In this document: positions 29,281-43,142 of the stretch, in pieces
Numbering within the stretch: the first letter of the stretch is position 1
Layout of the letters: each line of letters opens with the position of its first letter
Origin: an uncultured delta proteobacterium
GTDB lineage: Bacteria; Myxococcota_A; Polyangia; Fen-1088
Length of the DNA stretch: 64,000 nucleotides
NCBI GenBank assembly: GCA_963796685.1
Contig: CAWCMR010000008.1
Span: forward strand, 224,001 to 288,000
Reading direction: 5' to 3'
Notes under the pieces: generated by a model
Told to the model about the DNA's origin: nothing
What the model saw: the letters and a program-made list of their open reading frames with translations, nothing else
The model's database searches: none
Program-made: the position numbers and the translations under genes

Positions 29281-31860
29281 TTGCGCCCAATGACAACTAC
29301 AGGTTCTTCTCGAATCATCGCGACGACAAAAGCTCTTTCTCCGACGCTGCTGCTTGGAGCAGTCTTTCTGCTTGGCGGGCATGCCTGCCAATCCGGCGGC
29401 ACCATCGGCCCGTCTGTTGCTGGAAACTCCGGCCATGGTGGCAGTGGCAAGGGCGGCGGCGGCGTCTCGGGCGGCGGCGGTACCGGCGGACTCACGCTCA
29501 CCACCGTGACCGTGGGCTCAAAGGAGAGTTGCGGAAATGGCAGCTTGGACCCGGGCGAGCAGTGCGATGATGGAAACACGACGAGCGGCGACGGATGCAA
29601 TGCGCTTTGCCAGCTCGAAGCCAACTACGTATGCAGGACGCCTGGGCAGCCCTGCACGAATCTCGCGGCGTGTGGCAACGGAGTCTTGACCTCCGACGAG
29701 ACCTGCGACGACGGCAACACGGTCAGTGGCGATGGTTGCTCGGGAGACTGCAAGACCGTCGAGGACGGCTATGTGTGTCGCGTGCCGGGCAAGGCGTGCA
29801 CCCCCAAGTGCGGAGACGGCCAGCTCAAAGGCTCGGAGAACTGCGACGACGGCAACGACGCCAGCGGCGACGGCTGCTCGAGCACGTGCCAAATCGAGCC
29901 AGGCTATACCTGCCCGACACTCGGACAGCCCTGTATCCAGTCCGTGTGCGGGAACGGCAAGCTGGAAACCGGCGAGCTGTGTGACTGCGGCACCGACCCC
30001 AAGAATCTTCCCAGCGGTTGCAAGGCGGTCAACGGGCTCTTCTACGGAGACGGCAAGGGGTGCTCGAAGACCTGCACGAAAGAGCCGACTTGCCAGGACA
30101 GCAGCGGCAAGACCCAGGCCTGCACCTCGACCTGCGGCGACGGCAACTTGGATCCGGGGGAAGACTGCGACGACGGCAATCTGGCCGACGGTGATGGGTG
30201 CTCCTCGCACTGCACGAAAGAGGACGGTTTCACTTGCACGACCAAGACCTACCAGGACTCCTCACCTTGCACGCAGACTACCGGGCAGTGTCTCGAATTG
30301 CCCATCATCTACCGCGACTTCAAACCCCAGAACCTGACCCCGGACGGTCATCCGGATTTCTACTTCTACGGTTCCAAGGACGCGAGCGGCAACAAGACCA
30401 TCTGCGTTCCCAATTCCGGCGGTCCGGCGAAGGGCAACGATTCGACGGCCCGTTGCTGGGGCATCGTGGCTCCCAACTTGCTCAATGGCAAACCGCAACC
30501 GGGACCTACCACGACCTGCACATGTCAATTCAGCGACTGGAACATCAGCAATTCAAGCCATATCCCGGGTGGGTACACCCAGGCCAACAACGACAGTCCT
30601 CTGTCCAACGGAAACGGCGGCTATATTCCGTCGGTGACCGCCTATACGACGGGCTCCCCTGGCGGGCCGATTGTGAAGGGGGTCATGGTCCCCACCTACT
30701 CCAGCACCAAGAGCTTCTCGCAGTGGTGGAACGACGATAGCACGGTCAACCAGACCTTCACGTCGGTGCTCGAGATGCCGTCGATCGGTACCAACATCTA
30801 CCAGTACGCCAGCACGTCGCATTTGGCCCAAGGGGGCTTCTTCCCCCTCGATACCCTGAATCCCAGCGAAGCAACCTTGTGCAACCTGTGGCCGTATTGG
30901 AACAGGAGCGACGGCAAGACGCCCATCTGGAGCACTTGCACCGGCGATCAATATCTATTTCCACCTCGCGTCGTTCAATCCGATTGCCCGAATCAGAACC
31001 CGCTCAGCAACGGCTGCTGGGTCACCGCAATCCCGGGCGTCAAGCACGACTCCTACTTCACGGACGAGGCGCGTTACTACTTCGTCTACGACGGCACCAA
31101 TGGTATCACGCTCCAGTTCTTCGGCGACGACGATCTCTATATCTTCATCAACGGCGTTCTCGTCCTCGATTTGGGCAGCGTCCACCAGCAGTTGCCCGGC
31201 AAGGTGGTCGTCACGGGCGATCCGGGTGACGCGCAGGTGACGGAAGGCGGGTGCCTCGATGCAGCCGGCAACATCACCGGTGTCACCGTGGGCTCGAGTG
31301 CCTGCTCCCCGACCAACACCACCCCTCCCACCGCGACGACACCGGATGACTTCCGGGTCCGCACGGTCCCCTTGGGCCTCAACACCGGCAAGGTCTACGA
31401 GATTGCCATCTTCGGCGGCGACCGTCATCCACCCGAGTCGAACTACCAACTCACCCTCAATGGCTACACCACCAAGCGATCGATCTGCACCCCACGCTGC
31501 GGGGATGGAATCGTATCCGGCGGCGAGGAGTGCGACTGTGGCGACGGCTCGGTGCCGACCCCCTCGGGTTGCTCGGGACCGAACAACGACTCCACCTACG
31601 GCGGTTGCACGACCCAGTGCAAATTCGGACCATTCTGCGGCGACGGTACCGTGCAGAGTCCACCCGAGGACTGCGACCTCGGCAAGCAGAATGGGGACAC
31701 CACCCTGGGTTCCTCCGGATGCACGATCGGCTGCACCAAGCCCCACTACTGCGGCGATGGCATCGTCGACACCAACCTAGGCGAGCAATGCGACCTGGGC
31801 GCCAACAACGGCCAGCCGGGACAGCCGTGCGACAGCCAGTGCAACTACGTCATTCAGTAG
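29281..31860 (+). CDS. Myxococcus Cys-rich repeat (DUF4215-like) plus fibro-slime domain lipoprotein
   Basis: Repeated CGNG....EQCDDGN..SGDGC; IYRDF..HPDF, FSQWW, FFPLD, FFGDDDLYIFINGVLVLDLGSVH. Confidence 0.85.
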   Translation: MRPMTTTGSSRIIATTKALSPTLLLGAVFLLGGHACQSGGTIGPSVAGNSGHGGSGKGGGGVSGGGGTGGLTLTTVTVGSKESCGNGSLDPGEQCDDGNTTSGDGCNALCQLEANYVCRTPGQPCTNLAACGNGVLTSDETCDDGNTVSGDGCSGDCKTVEDGYVCRVPGKACTPKCGDGQLKGSENCDDGNDASGDGCSSTCQIEPGYTCPTLGQPCIQSVCGNGKLETGELCDCGTDPKNLPSGCKAVNGLFYGDGKGCSKTCTKEPTCQDSSGKTQACTSTCGDGNLDPGEDCDDGNLADGDGCSSHCTKEDGFTCTTKTYQDSSPCTQTTGQCLELPIIYRDFKPQNLTPDGHPDFYFYGSKDASGNKTICVPNSGGPAKGNDSTARCWGIVAPNLLNGKPQPGPTTTCTCQFSDWNISNSSHIPGGYTQANNDSPLSNGNGGYIPSVTAYTTGSPGGPIVKGVMVPTYSSTKSFSQWWNDDSTVNQTFTSVLEMPSIGTNIYQYASTSHLAQGGFFPLDTLNPSEATLCNLWPYWNRSDGKTPIWSTCTGDQYLFPPRVVQSDCPNQNPLSNGCWVTAIPGVKHDSYFTDEARYYFVYDGTNGITLQFFGDDDLYIFINGVLVLDLGSVHQQLPGKVVVTGDPGDAQVTEGGCLDAAGNITGVTVGSSACSPTNTTPPTATTPDDFRVRTVPLGLNTGKVYEIAIFGGDRHPPESNYQLTLNGYTTKRSICTPRCGDGIVSGGEECDCGDGSVPTPSGCSGPNNDSTYGGCTTQCKFGPFCGDGTVQSPPEDCDLGKQNGDTTLGSSGCTIGCTKPHYCGDGIVDTNLGEQCDLGANNGQPGQPCDSQCNYVIQ

Positions 31861-31905
31861 GGCAAGGAACGCCGTACCACCGCGACAATCGGGGTGCGCG
31901 GGTCA

Positions 31906-32403
31906 TTAGTTGTCCTGCGCACCCTGGCAGACCCAGTTGATCATCGTCCGAATCTCGGCCGGAGCGAGCTGGCCGTTCTGCGGCATCGTGCCGACACAAC
32001 TGTCGATGCCAGTCAGCGCCTGCGTGAGCAGACTGAAGGACGGGTGGTCTGGGGCTACCAGGAGCCTCCGATCGCAGCAGGCACGCGATGGCTGGTTCAC
32101 GAGAGTACCGTAATCCCAAGGCGCGTGGCACACCTCCCCGGAGCAGCCAGCGAGGACCGGCGCGATGTCTCGACTGTAGGAGACCGATGCGGCATTCGGG
32201 TCGCACATGGGGTCGATTCCGGACGGGCTTGCATCAGGAGGTGGGGTATTCACGCAGAGAGAGGCGTCGCTCGAAGGCAGAACGATCACGACGGTGTCCG
32301 CATCAGGCTTTCGGCCTGAAGCTCCACTACACGCCGTGGGAAGAAAGCACAAGCACAATAGCGACGACGCAATCTCGTACCTCTGCGGCCGGATATTTCT
32401 CAT
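31906..32403 (-). CDS. Small Cys-rich lipoprotein, cytochrome c-like fold suspected
   Basis: Lipobox-like PTAC; VSYSRDIAPVLAGCSGEVCH..LVAPDHPSFSLL..MP..L...EI..MINWVCQGA. Confidence 0.55.
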   Translation of the reverse strand: MRNIRPQRYEIASSLLCLCFLPTACSGASGRKPDADTVVIVLPSSDASLCVNTPPPDASPSGIDPMCDPNAASVSYSRDIAPVLAGCSGEVCHAPWDYGTLVNQPSRACCDRRLLVAPDHPSFSLLTQALTGIDSCVGTMPQNGQLAPAEIRTMINWVCQGAQDN

Positions 32404-32496
32404 ATGAGTAAGACGTTCTTTGCACTGCAGTAGTCGCAAGGTATTACGGATTGCTCCGGTCGACGCGAGGTATGGGTGGCTCGCCCTCGATAGGGA

Positions 32497-35400
32497 CTAC
32501 GAAGCGAGGGTGGAGGCACCCGGCGCGTGCTTGCGATGTGCGAGCAAGATGAGAGCCGGCTGCAGCAGGCGCGGCAGGACCGCGAGGGCCAGCGCGCCGC
32601 CGATCACGACGATGGCGAGCGGCTTCTGCGTTTCCGAGCCGATCCCGTGCGAGACGGCTGCGGGCAGCAGCCCGAGCATGGCGACGAAGGTCGCCATCAG
32701 GACCGGCCGCAGCCAGCGCTCGGCCGCCAGCCGGGCGCTCTGCTCGGCGCTGTGACCTTCTTCCCGTAGCCTGCGGGCATAGGTGACCACGAGAAGTGCG
32801 TCCTGCACCGCCACGCCCAGAATGGAGATGAATCCCATGGCCGCCGAGATCGAGAAATCGGTTCCGGTCAGATAGAGCGCCACGACGCCGCCGCTCGACG
32901 CGACCGGCACGCCGAGCAACACGATGAGCGTGTCGCGGCCGTTCTTGGCCGAGCCGAACACGAGAAAGGCGATGACCAACAGAGTGATGGGGACGATGAC
33001 CAGGAGACGCTGCGTGGTCTTGTGCATCTGGTTCATCTCGCCGTCCCATTCGAGGTGCGTGTCGTAGGGGAGTTGTTTCACGATGGGCGCCACGCGCGAC
33101 TGCGCTTCGGCGATGGTCGACCCGAGATCGCGCCCGCGCACCGAAAATTTCACGGGCACGTAGCGCTTCAGATCTTCGCGGAAGATCACCGATGGCCCTT
33201 CTTCTTCGACGACCTCCGCGATTTGACCGAGAGGCACCTGCGCTCCGTCGGGCGTGGACACCAGGATATTGCGGATGGAGCTGCACATCGCGCCGGTACC
33301 GCTCCGCCCAGCGCAGGATCAGATCGAAGTGCTTCTCGCCCTCGAAGACCTGCGTGATGACCTGCCCGCCGATCGCCGCCTGCACCACGGCGGCCACGTC
33401 GCCGGTGTTGAGCCCGTAGCGTCCGATCTGGGTGCGGTAGGGCGTGATGCGTATGGCAGGCTGGCCGAGGGAGCGGAAGATGCCCAGATCCTCCACGCCT
33501 TGAACCTTCTTGAGCGCCTCGACGATGTCCTCGGCCTTGGACTCGTCCACGTGCAGGTCTGGTCCTACGACCTTCACCGTGTTCTCGCCCTTGACGCCCG
33601 ACATGGCCTCTTCGACATTGTCGGAAATGGCTTGCGAAAAGCTGAACACCACGCCCGGGAAGGCATCGGTCAGCTCCTTCTGCATCTCGTCGGTCATCGA
33701 GGCCTTGGTGATCCCCTTGCGCCACTCGTTGGCCGGTCGCAGAGGCGCGAGCAACTCGATGTTGTAGAATCCCGAGACGTCGGTCCCGTCATCCGGACGC
33801 CCAAGCTGCGAGATCACGGTCTGGATCTCGGGACGTCGCTGCTTGGCAGGGGTGCAGGTGGCATTCTCTTCGGTCGGACAGCCACGCACGATGGCCCGCA
33901 TGCGCCCCACCAGGCTCCCGGCCTTTTCCAGCGAGATGGACATGGGCAAGGTGGCGCGAATCCAGAAATTCCCCTCCTCGAGCTTGGGCATGAATTCTCG
34001 GCCTAGAAAAGCCGAGGCCACCAGCGCCAGGACCACTGGGGCCACACCGACGAACACCGCCAGCTTGGGACGACGCAGAGAGAACGAAAACAAGGGCGCG
34101 TACAGCCTGCTGACGAAGCGCATGGGCAGGCTTTCCTTCTCGTGGTCGCTCGAACCGACCGGAAGCATGCGCGACGCCAGCATGGGAGTGAGGGTGAGCG
34201 AGAGCAGAATGGAGCCGCCAATGGCGAAGGCATAGGTCTGCGCCATCGGCGACATGATGACGCCCGCCACGCCGGTCAACGTGAACAGGGGAATGAAGGC
34301 CACCGCGATGATGAGCGCCGACGAGAACATGGGTGGTCCGACCTCGCGCGCCGCTGCGACGATGCGCTCGAACGCGGTGCCGCCTTTGCGCGCGAAGTTG
34401 CGAAAGATGGTCTCCATCATGATCACCGTCGAGTCGACCACGATGCCGAAGTCCACCGCCCCCAGCGAAATGAGGTTCGCGGCGGTTCCGCTCGCCACCA
34501 TGCCGGTGAAGGCGAACATCAGGGCCAGCGGCAGGTTGATGGCGGTGATGAGGGCGGCGCGCGCACTGCCGAGGAACAGCCACAGCACGAGCGAGACCAG
34601 AATCATGCCGATGAGCAGATTCTCCATCACCGTGTGGGTGGTCAATTTCACCAGATCCGCGCGGTCGTAGACGGGGTGGATCTCCATGCCTGGCGGCAAC
34701 ACGCGATTCCGGCGAATGTAATCGACGCGATCGTGAATACCACGAATGGTCGTAAGCGAATCGCCACCGTAGCGCATGAGCACGATACCCTCGACCACAT
34801 CCGCGTCCGTGTCCTGACCCACGATACCCAATCGGGGCGCCGAGCCCACACTCACGTTGGCCACATCGCGCACGCGCACGGGCACGCCCTTGACCGCGCT
34901 GACGGTGATATCGCCGATGTCCTGCACGGAGCGAATCAGTCCGATGCCGCGCACGTCGAACGACTGTTCACCCAAGGTGAGTCGCTGACCGCCCACGTTC
35001 TGGTTGGCGTTGGCGATGGCGGACTGCAGTTGCGCCAGGGCCACGCCATGACCGCGCAGGCGGTAGGGGTCGACCTCGACATGGTACTGCTTGGTCAGAC
35101 CGCCGAAACCAACCACGTCGATCACCCCAGGGACCTGCCGGAACTGCTTCTCCAGAATCCAATCCTGCGCGGTCTTCAGATCGACGAGCGTGTAGCCCTT
35201 GCCCTCGACCTTGTAGCGGAAGAGCTCCCCGATGGCGCTCCAGGGAGACAGCGCGGGCGATACCCCCGGCGGCAACGAGATGAACCCGAGATGGTTGAGC
35301 ACCCGCTGTTTCGCCGTGGCGTAGGTGGTGTCCCAACCGAAGTAGCACTTGACGTCGGCCAGCCCGAACAGCGACTGCGAGCGGACGTGCTCGAGGCCGA

Positions 35401-35629
35401 CCATGCCGACGAGACCGGTCTCGAGGGGCACCGAGACGTAGCGCTCGACTTCCTCCGCGCTCCAACCCTGCGGCTGCGCGATGATCTCGATCATGGGTGC
35501 CACCGGATTGGGGTAGGCCTCGATGTCGAGCTGCAGGTACGAACGCAGTCCGACGCCAATCAGCGCCAAGGCCAGCACAGCCACGATCAGTGGCGCGCGC
35601 ACGGCGGCAGCGACCAACCTCGCGATCAT
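32497..35629 (-). CDS. czcA: CzcA/CusA heavy-metal RND pump, frameshift at about 33283
   Basis: IEAYPN, RSQSLFGL, ANLISLGAVDFGIVVDS, EFMPKLEEG; in the second frame GVAVQDA, RPVLMAT and GIGSETQKPLAIVVIGG. Confidence 0.9.
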
Positions 35630-35631
35630 GG

Positions 35632-36765
35632 CTAGAACATTCCAGACAGCAAAATGGCGCCCTGGGTGACCACCTTCTCCCCCGCTGCGATACCACGAAT
35701 GACGGGTAGGTAGTCGCCGCCCAATTCCTCGTTGACCGCCACCGGCCGCCGTTCGAAGCGGATGCGACCGTCGGGCGCCTTGCCTATCTCGACGAAGGCC
35801 ATGGTCTGATCGCCCAAGTGAAGGATCGCCGAGCGCGGAAGCGCCAGGGCACGCTGCCGATCGACGGCGAGAGCGGCCGTGGCGTACATCTCGGGCTTGA
35901 GGCTGCGATCGGCGTTATCCAGCTTGCAACGAACCTTGGCCGTTCGCGTGGCGGGATCGAGCGTGTCGGAAACCCAATCCGCCACGCCCTTGAAGACGCG
36001 CCCTGGATAGGCGACGACCTTGACCAGACACTCGGTGCCCTGCTTGACCCGACCGAGATCCATCTCGAAGAGGTCGGCCATGACCCACACGGTGTCAAGC
36101 TCGCCGATGGTGAAGAGCTCGAGAACGGTTCCTCCCGAGTACTGCCCCTGCACCTCCGCGCCCGGGTTCACGTTACGGGCAATGACCTCGCCGCCGATGG
36201 GGGCACGCAAGACATAGTTCTGGCTGCCCGCGTTGGCCCCGCCGGCGCGCAGGAGTTGCGCCTTCTTCTTCGCTCGCTGCAGCTCGGCCTTCGCCTTCGC
36301 GAAGTTGCCCTGAGCCGCCTCCAGGTCGCGCTGCGACCCCGCATGCACGTCGAACAGCTCTTTTTGTCGATTGAAGTCCTTCTCGGCGGAGATGAAATCC
36401 GCCTGCGCCTTTTCCAGATCGGAGAACGCGCTGCCCACGTCCGGCGATTCGATCACCGCCAAGGTATCGCCTTGCTTCACCCGCTGACCGGGTTGCGCCT
36501 CGATGCGACTGACCCGCCCCGTGACCGGGCTCATGACGTGCGCGACTTTCAGGTCGTCGAAGGTGACGCGCCCGCTGGTCACGACCAGCCCGCCAACCGG
36601 CTGAGGCACCAAAGGCTCGACGACCAGCTTGGCAGCGGCCACCTGGTCCTGCCACAGCCAGACTTCGCTCATCGGTGGATCCGCGGAATGCGGTTGTTGC
36701 GCGTGTCGCTCGCACCCTGGCGCGGCCCACAGCAGCGCGGAGAGAGTCAGAAGCCGTCCATTCAT
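35632..36765 (-). CDS. czcB: RND periplasmic adaptor subunit (CzcB-like)
   Basis: SPVTGRV..GQRVKQGD..LRAPIGGEV..VWVMADLFE..LDPATRT..LKPEMY. Confidence 0.9.
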   Translation of the reverse strand: MNGRLLTLSALLWAAPGCERHAQQPHSADPPMSEVWLWQDQVAAAKLVVEPLVPQPVGGLVVTSGRVTFDDLKVAHVMSPVTGRVSRIEAQPGQRVKQGDTLAVIESPDVGSAFSDLEKAQADFISAEKDFNRQKELFDVHAGSQRDLEAAQGNFAKAKAELQRAKKKAQLLRAGGANAGSQNYVLRAPIGGEVIARNVNPGAEVQGQYSGGTVLELFTIGELDTVWVMADLFEMDLGRVKQGTECLVKVVAYPGRVFKGVADWVSDTLDPATRTAKVRCKLDNADRSLKPEMYATAALAVDRQRALALPRSAILHLGDQTMAFVEIGKAPDGRIRFERRPVAVNEELGGDYLPVIRGIAAGEKVVTQGAILLSGMF

Positions 36766-38121
36766 GGGCCCATCTCCAATCCTATCGCTTGGCCAATGAG
36801 CACCACGGCCAGCCAGTAGTCGGACAAGTCGCCTTCATAGTCCAATTTGGTGGAGATCAGGATACGCTGCGCGTCCAGGTATTCGAGGAGCGACGCCGCG
36901 CCTTTCTGGTACTGAATTTGCACGAGATCGCGCGTTCGATTGGCGTGGTCGAGCAGCTCGCGCTCGGCCCGCTCGACGCGGCTACGCGCGGATTTGAATT
37001 GGGTGAACGCGGTGAGCACGTCGCTTTGCACCTGGGCTTCGGTCTTGGACAGCTGAGCCTTCTGCGCGGTCAGATCGGCCCGCGCCTTGACGATCTCGCC
37101 CTCGAAACGGTTGAAGAGGGGCGGGGTCAGGGTCAGGCCAAAGCTGAAGGTCGGCGGATTGATGGCGCTCGAATAGCTGCCTTGCCCGCTCACCCCTGCC
37201 GACAGCTCGACGTCGGGAAAGCGCAAGCGCTGGCTGGAACGCACGGAGGCCTCGGCGCGATCGCGGCTCAATTTTGCGCCGGCCAGGTCGGGCCGCTGCT
37301 TGCGCGCAACCTCCAGCAGGGAATCCACGCTGGCGCCCTGGAGGGCTGGCGGAACACGATAGCCGGGTAGCTCGGTGTCGACTTCGAACACGGGCACGCG
37401 TCCACGCGCGCCCAGCATGAAGGCGAGTTGCGCCTTGGCCACGTCCAAATCCCGTTGCGAGCGCTCGACTTCCTGGTCGGCGGTGAGCTTCTCGGTCTCG
37501 ATCTTCAGCACTTCGACCTCGGAGATGGAACCGTGCTGGTAGCGCGCTCGAATCAGATCGGCCAGATGACCCAGCGTGTCCTGGGCTTCCTTCTGCGTGG
37601 CAAGAGCTTGGCGCGCAGCGACGGTCTGCAGGTAGGCCTGGCGAAGCAGTCCTTCGAGGGTGCGGCGGGCGTCCGCCGCCCCTTGGCGCGCAACTTCGAG
37701 GGCCAGGCTCGCCGTGTTCTTGCGCAACCCGCGCTTGCCGGAGAGCGAGTCGAAGAGAGCGGAGCCGTCCGAGATCCCCACGCTCCAGGCCAGAGACGAA
37801 CAGTCAATTCCTTGAGCATCCGAACAGGCGAACGACCGCCCCACCCCGCCCGAGAGCGAAGGATTGGGCGCGGCACTGGCCAGCAAGGTATCCCCGCGTG
37901 CCCCTTCCACTGCTGCCTCGGCCAGAATGAGGTCAAGCCCGTGCTCACGGAACAGACGCATGGCGTCGTGAAGTCCCAGGTGCGCCGGCACCTCGAAATC
38001 GCCGTCGGGCTCGCGCGCGGCCGCCGAGCCTCAGATCCAGCAGGATCGGAATCGCCACCAACCAATGGTGCTTCGGGAACCAGAGTGACTTCCTCGTCGG
38101 TGAACGGATCGGTGCTCGCAT
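36762..38121 (-). CDS. czcC: TolC-family outer membrane factor (CzcC-like); the signal peptide is split off by a frameshift at about 38029
   Basis: RPDL, YQKGAASLLEYLDAQR. Removing one base gives MRAPIRSPTRKSLWFPKHHWLVAIPILLDLSSAAAREPDGDFEVPAHL, with a GAAGGAG RBS. Confidence 0.85.
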
Positions 38122-38375
38122 GCCTGTCCTGGGCTCCTTCAAAGAACCGGCACACTATGGCACTTATTCCCCGCGCTGTGGACACGCGTCCAGTGAAGAA
38201 GCACCCATCGCAACTTGGGCGTGGGGTCCCAAAACCCGACCCAAATCCGATTTCGCCTCCTGGCCCGCTTCAAGTCACGCCCAGGGTATCGACAGCACAA
38301 CAATAATTCTGCATAGTTCTTGCTGCGTGACCAATCTAACCTGTAGCGGGTTATGGCCCGCTGGGAGGTACTTTC

Positions 38376-39504
38376 ATGCGCGCATTGGGCAGTGTCACCG
38401 CTTTTTCCTTGGTTCCTGCGATCCTATTTTGGGGCCTGCTGGCGCCCTCCTGCAGTCCCAGCGCGTCTGGAACCGTGGGTTCTTCCGGTGGGACCACCAC
38501 CACCACGCAGGGCGGCGGCGGGGCCGGCGGCTCACCCCTGTCTCTGAGTCTGACCGCCCCTGACTTTGGAGGGTCGACCGGCAGCGGTGGCACCACGTCT
38601 TCGGTCCCGACTTGGCCGCCAACGGGCTTCGTGAACGTCACCGACGTGACCTATGGCGCCTATGCGACCGACCCGAACCAGCTTTCGTCGACCGGCGGCG
38701 ACACCGGACAGGGCGGCAGCTCGGGGGGCAGCAGCGGCTCCTCCCAGTGCGCCGGATTGTTCGGTGTGGTTCGCGACTTCAAGATGGACGACGGGACCGG
38801 CGGACATCCGGACTTTCAGCTCCCGACGCCGCGCCAGACCGCCGAGACGGGAATCGTGGAAGATACGCTTGGCGATGACGGCAAGCCGGTCTACGCCAAC
38901 CCGCCCCCCGGGGGAACGACGTCCACACAGGCCAATTTCGATCAGTGGTACCGCGACGTGGACGGCGTGAACATTCCCTTCGTGGTCGGCCTGCACTTCG
39001 TGGCGAATCCGAGCGCCGGGACCGACGTCGTCACCTTTGCCGCCTCGCTCGGGAGCGGGACCGGGACCGGAACGGGCCCCGGTCGGAACCGAGATGCGGG
39101 AGCCCCGGCAGCATCTGCCGGCTCGTCGTATTTCCCGGTCGATGGGCTGGGATGGAACGACACCGCTGTCGCCTCCGACGGCAAGGAGCACAACTTCGCC
39201 TTTACCACCGAGATTCACACCACGTTCATCTACAAAGGCGGCGAGAAGTTCACCTTCCAGGGTGACGACGACGTCTGGGTCTTCATCAACAAGAAACTGG
39301 CCATCGATCTCGGCGGAATCCACCAGCAAGCTGCAAGCGACCGTGGATCTCGATGCCCAGGCAACGACGCTCGGAATCAGCACCGGCAATTCCTACGATT
39401 TGGCCGTCTTCAATGCGGAACGACACACAACCCAATCCAACTTCCGCATCGACACGACCCTGGTCTTCACGGACTGCGGGCAAATTCCCATCCAGATTTA
39501 CTAG
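38376..39504 (+). CDS. Fibro-slime domain lipoprotein, frameshift at about 39328
   Basis: VRDF..HPDF, FDQWYRD, YFPVD, HNFAFTTEIHT.F.YKGGE.FTFQGDDDVWVFIN..IDLGGIH, then FNAERHTTQSNFRIDT. Confidence 0.88.
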
Positions 39505-39908
39505 GTACCCTCCCCTAATCCCAATGCCCTTTCCCGAGGGTGGCTTGCGGTTGTAGGCACTCATCCAGGGCTTGCTCGAGTTGCATGCGACCTCCCGCGT
39601 CCATGCTCAGCCTACCCGTGGCTTTGGCAATTTCTGCTTCTCCGCCCTCGCCATCTTCCTACTGTGCCCCGATGCCCAGCTGGCGCAGGCGTGGCGGGTG
39701 GCTGCGAGGGAGGGGCCCCGTCGTGCGCGGAGGTCGCGTGCCGCCTGTGCTGCAGGCGCACTCCGGGATCGTCGCTTTGTGCAATTTGCGAATTGAATCG
39801 ACCGCAGCACACGACGGGGAGCAAACCCGAGCTGACAGGACCCGTCACGCCGAAGCCGGCGGGTCGCCCAACAGCACTTTCCTAGGCTTATCCGAACGGT
39901 ATTGCCCC

Positions 39909-39969
39909 TAATCCCGCGATAGCCGCAGAAGGTAGTGGCCGTGGCCGTGGCCGTGGCCGTGGCCGGTTC
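39909..39969. repeat. Direct repeat copy 1 (TAATCCCGCGATAGCCRCAGAAGG plus GTGGCC x5)
   Basis: 23 of the first 24 nt are identical to the copy at 43061. Confidence 0.8.
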
Positions 39970-40069
39970 TAGTTGCCTTTGGCCACGACGGCGAGGACGC
40001 CTACGGCCAGGCCGGAATGACTGCGGCGTTCCAAACCCGCCCCGACGAGACCCCCGAACAGGCAGGCAC

Positions 40070-40108
40070 AAAAAAGGCGCGAAGAGGTTGCCCTCTTGCG
40101 CGCCTTTT
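40070..40108 (-). terminator. Rho-independent terminator of hppA
   Basis: Minus strand AAAAGGCGCGCAAGAGG-GCAA-CCTCTTCGCGCC-TTTTTT, about 25 nt after the stop. Confidence 0.85.
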
Positions 40109-40132
40109 CTTCTGGCTGAATTCAGCCGGCTA

Positions 40133-42550
<2,418 letters not shown>

Positions 42551-43060
42551 GGGTCTCCTTCTGATTTGGCGCGCAACCTAGACTAGCCAAGCGGCAGACG
42601 TCAAGGATGACCGCGGCACAGTGGGCGGTAGTCGTGAAAGTCTTACAACGCTAAGAGCCAAATGCGGTATCAGTCCAGGAGGAACGTTGAGTCATTGGCA
42701 ATAAGTAGCTGAAATTACGTAATATTGTAAGTCTAGACACCGAGCATTATGAGCCCGCATAAAGGACGGATCGGAAGCCCCCGCGGTGATCCATCGAAGG
42801 GGCTTGCAAGGCCGGCAAGATACCCGACGCGGCAGCAAGCTCGATGCGGCATCAGTCCCTGAAAAGCGTTCCCGGCAACAGGACCTAAAAAGGATCTAAT
42901 GATCCAATGGATCCCAGGCCCGGCTAGGGACTGCGATTGGGAAACCACAATCCAGCAGCGACAGTGCTCGGTCCCCACGACAGAGTAGAGGACCAACACC
43001 ATCCCATTTCGCATCTTCCCACCCCCTCGAAGCGGATCGTCGGCGGCGCTGCTGACACCG

Positions 43061-43117
43061 TAATCCCGCGATAGCCACAGAAGGCCGTGGCCGTGGCCCA
43101 CCCCGCATGGCCAGTTC
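43061..43117. repeat. Direct repeat copy 2 (GTGGCC x2)
   Basis: Matches 39909-39969, including the GGCCRGTTC end. Confidence 0.8.
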
Positions 43118-43142
43118 CAACTTGTGCAGTAGACTGCCGGCC

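Noticed and set aside
39505-39908. Long intergenic stretch with weak ORFs
   Set aside because: No RBS or motif support, and no ncRNA that I can recognise.
42551-43060. AT-rich patch with an ATTACGTAAT palindrome, considered as a dif site or riboswitch
   Set aside because: It does not match the XerC/XerD dif consensus or any riboswitch I can identify; most likely a divergent promoter region.
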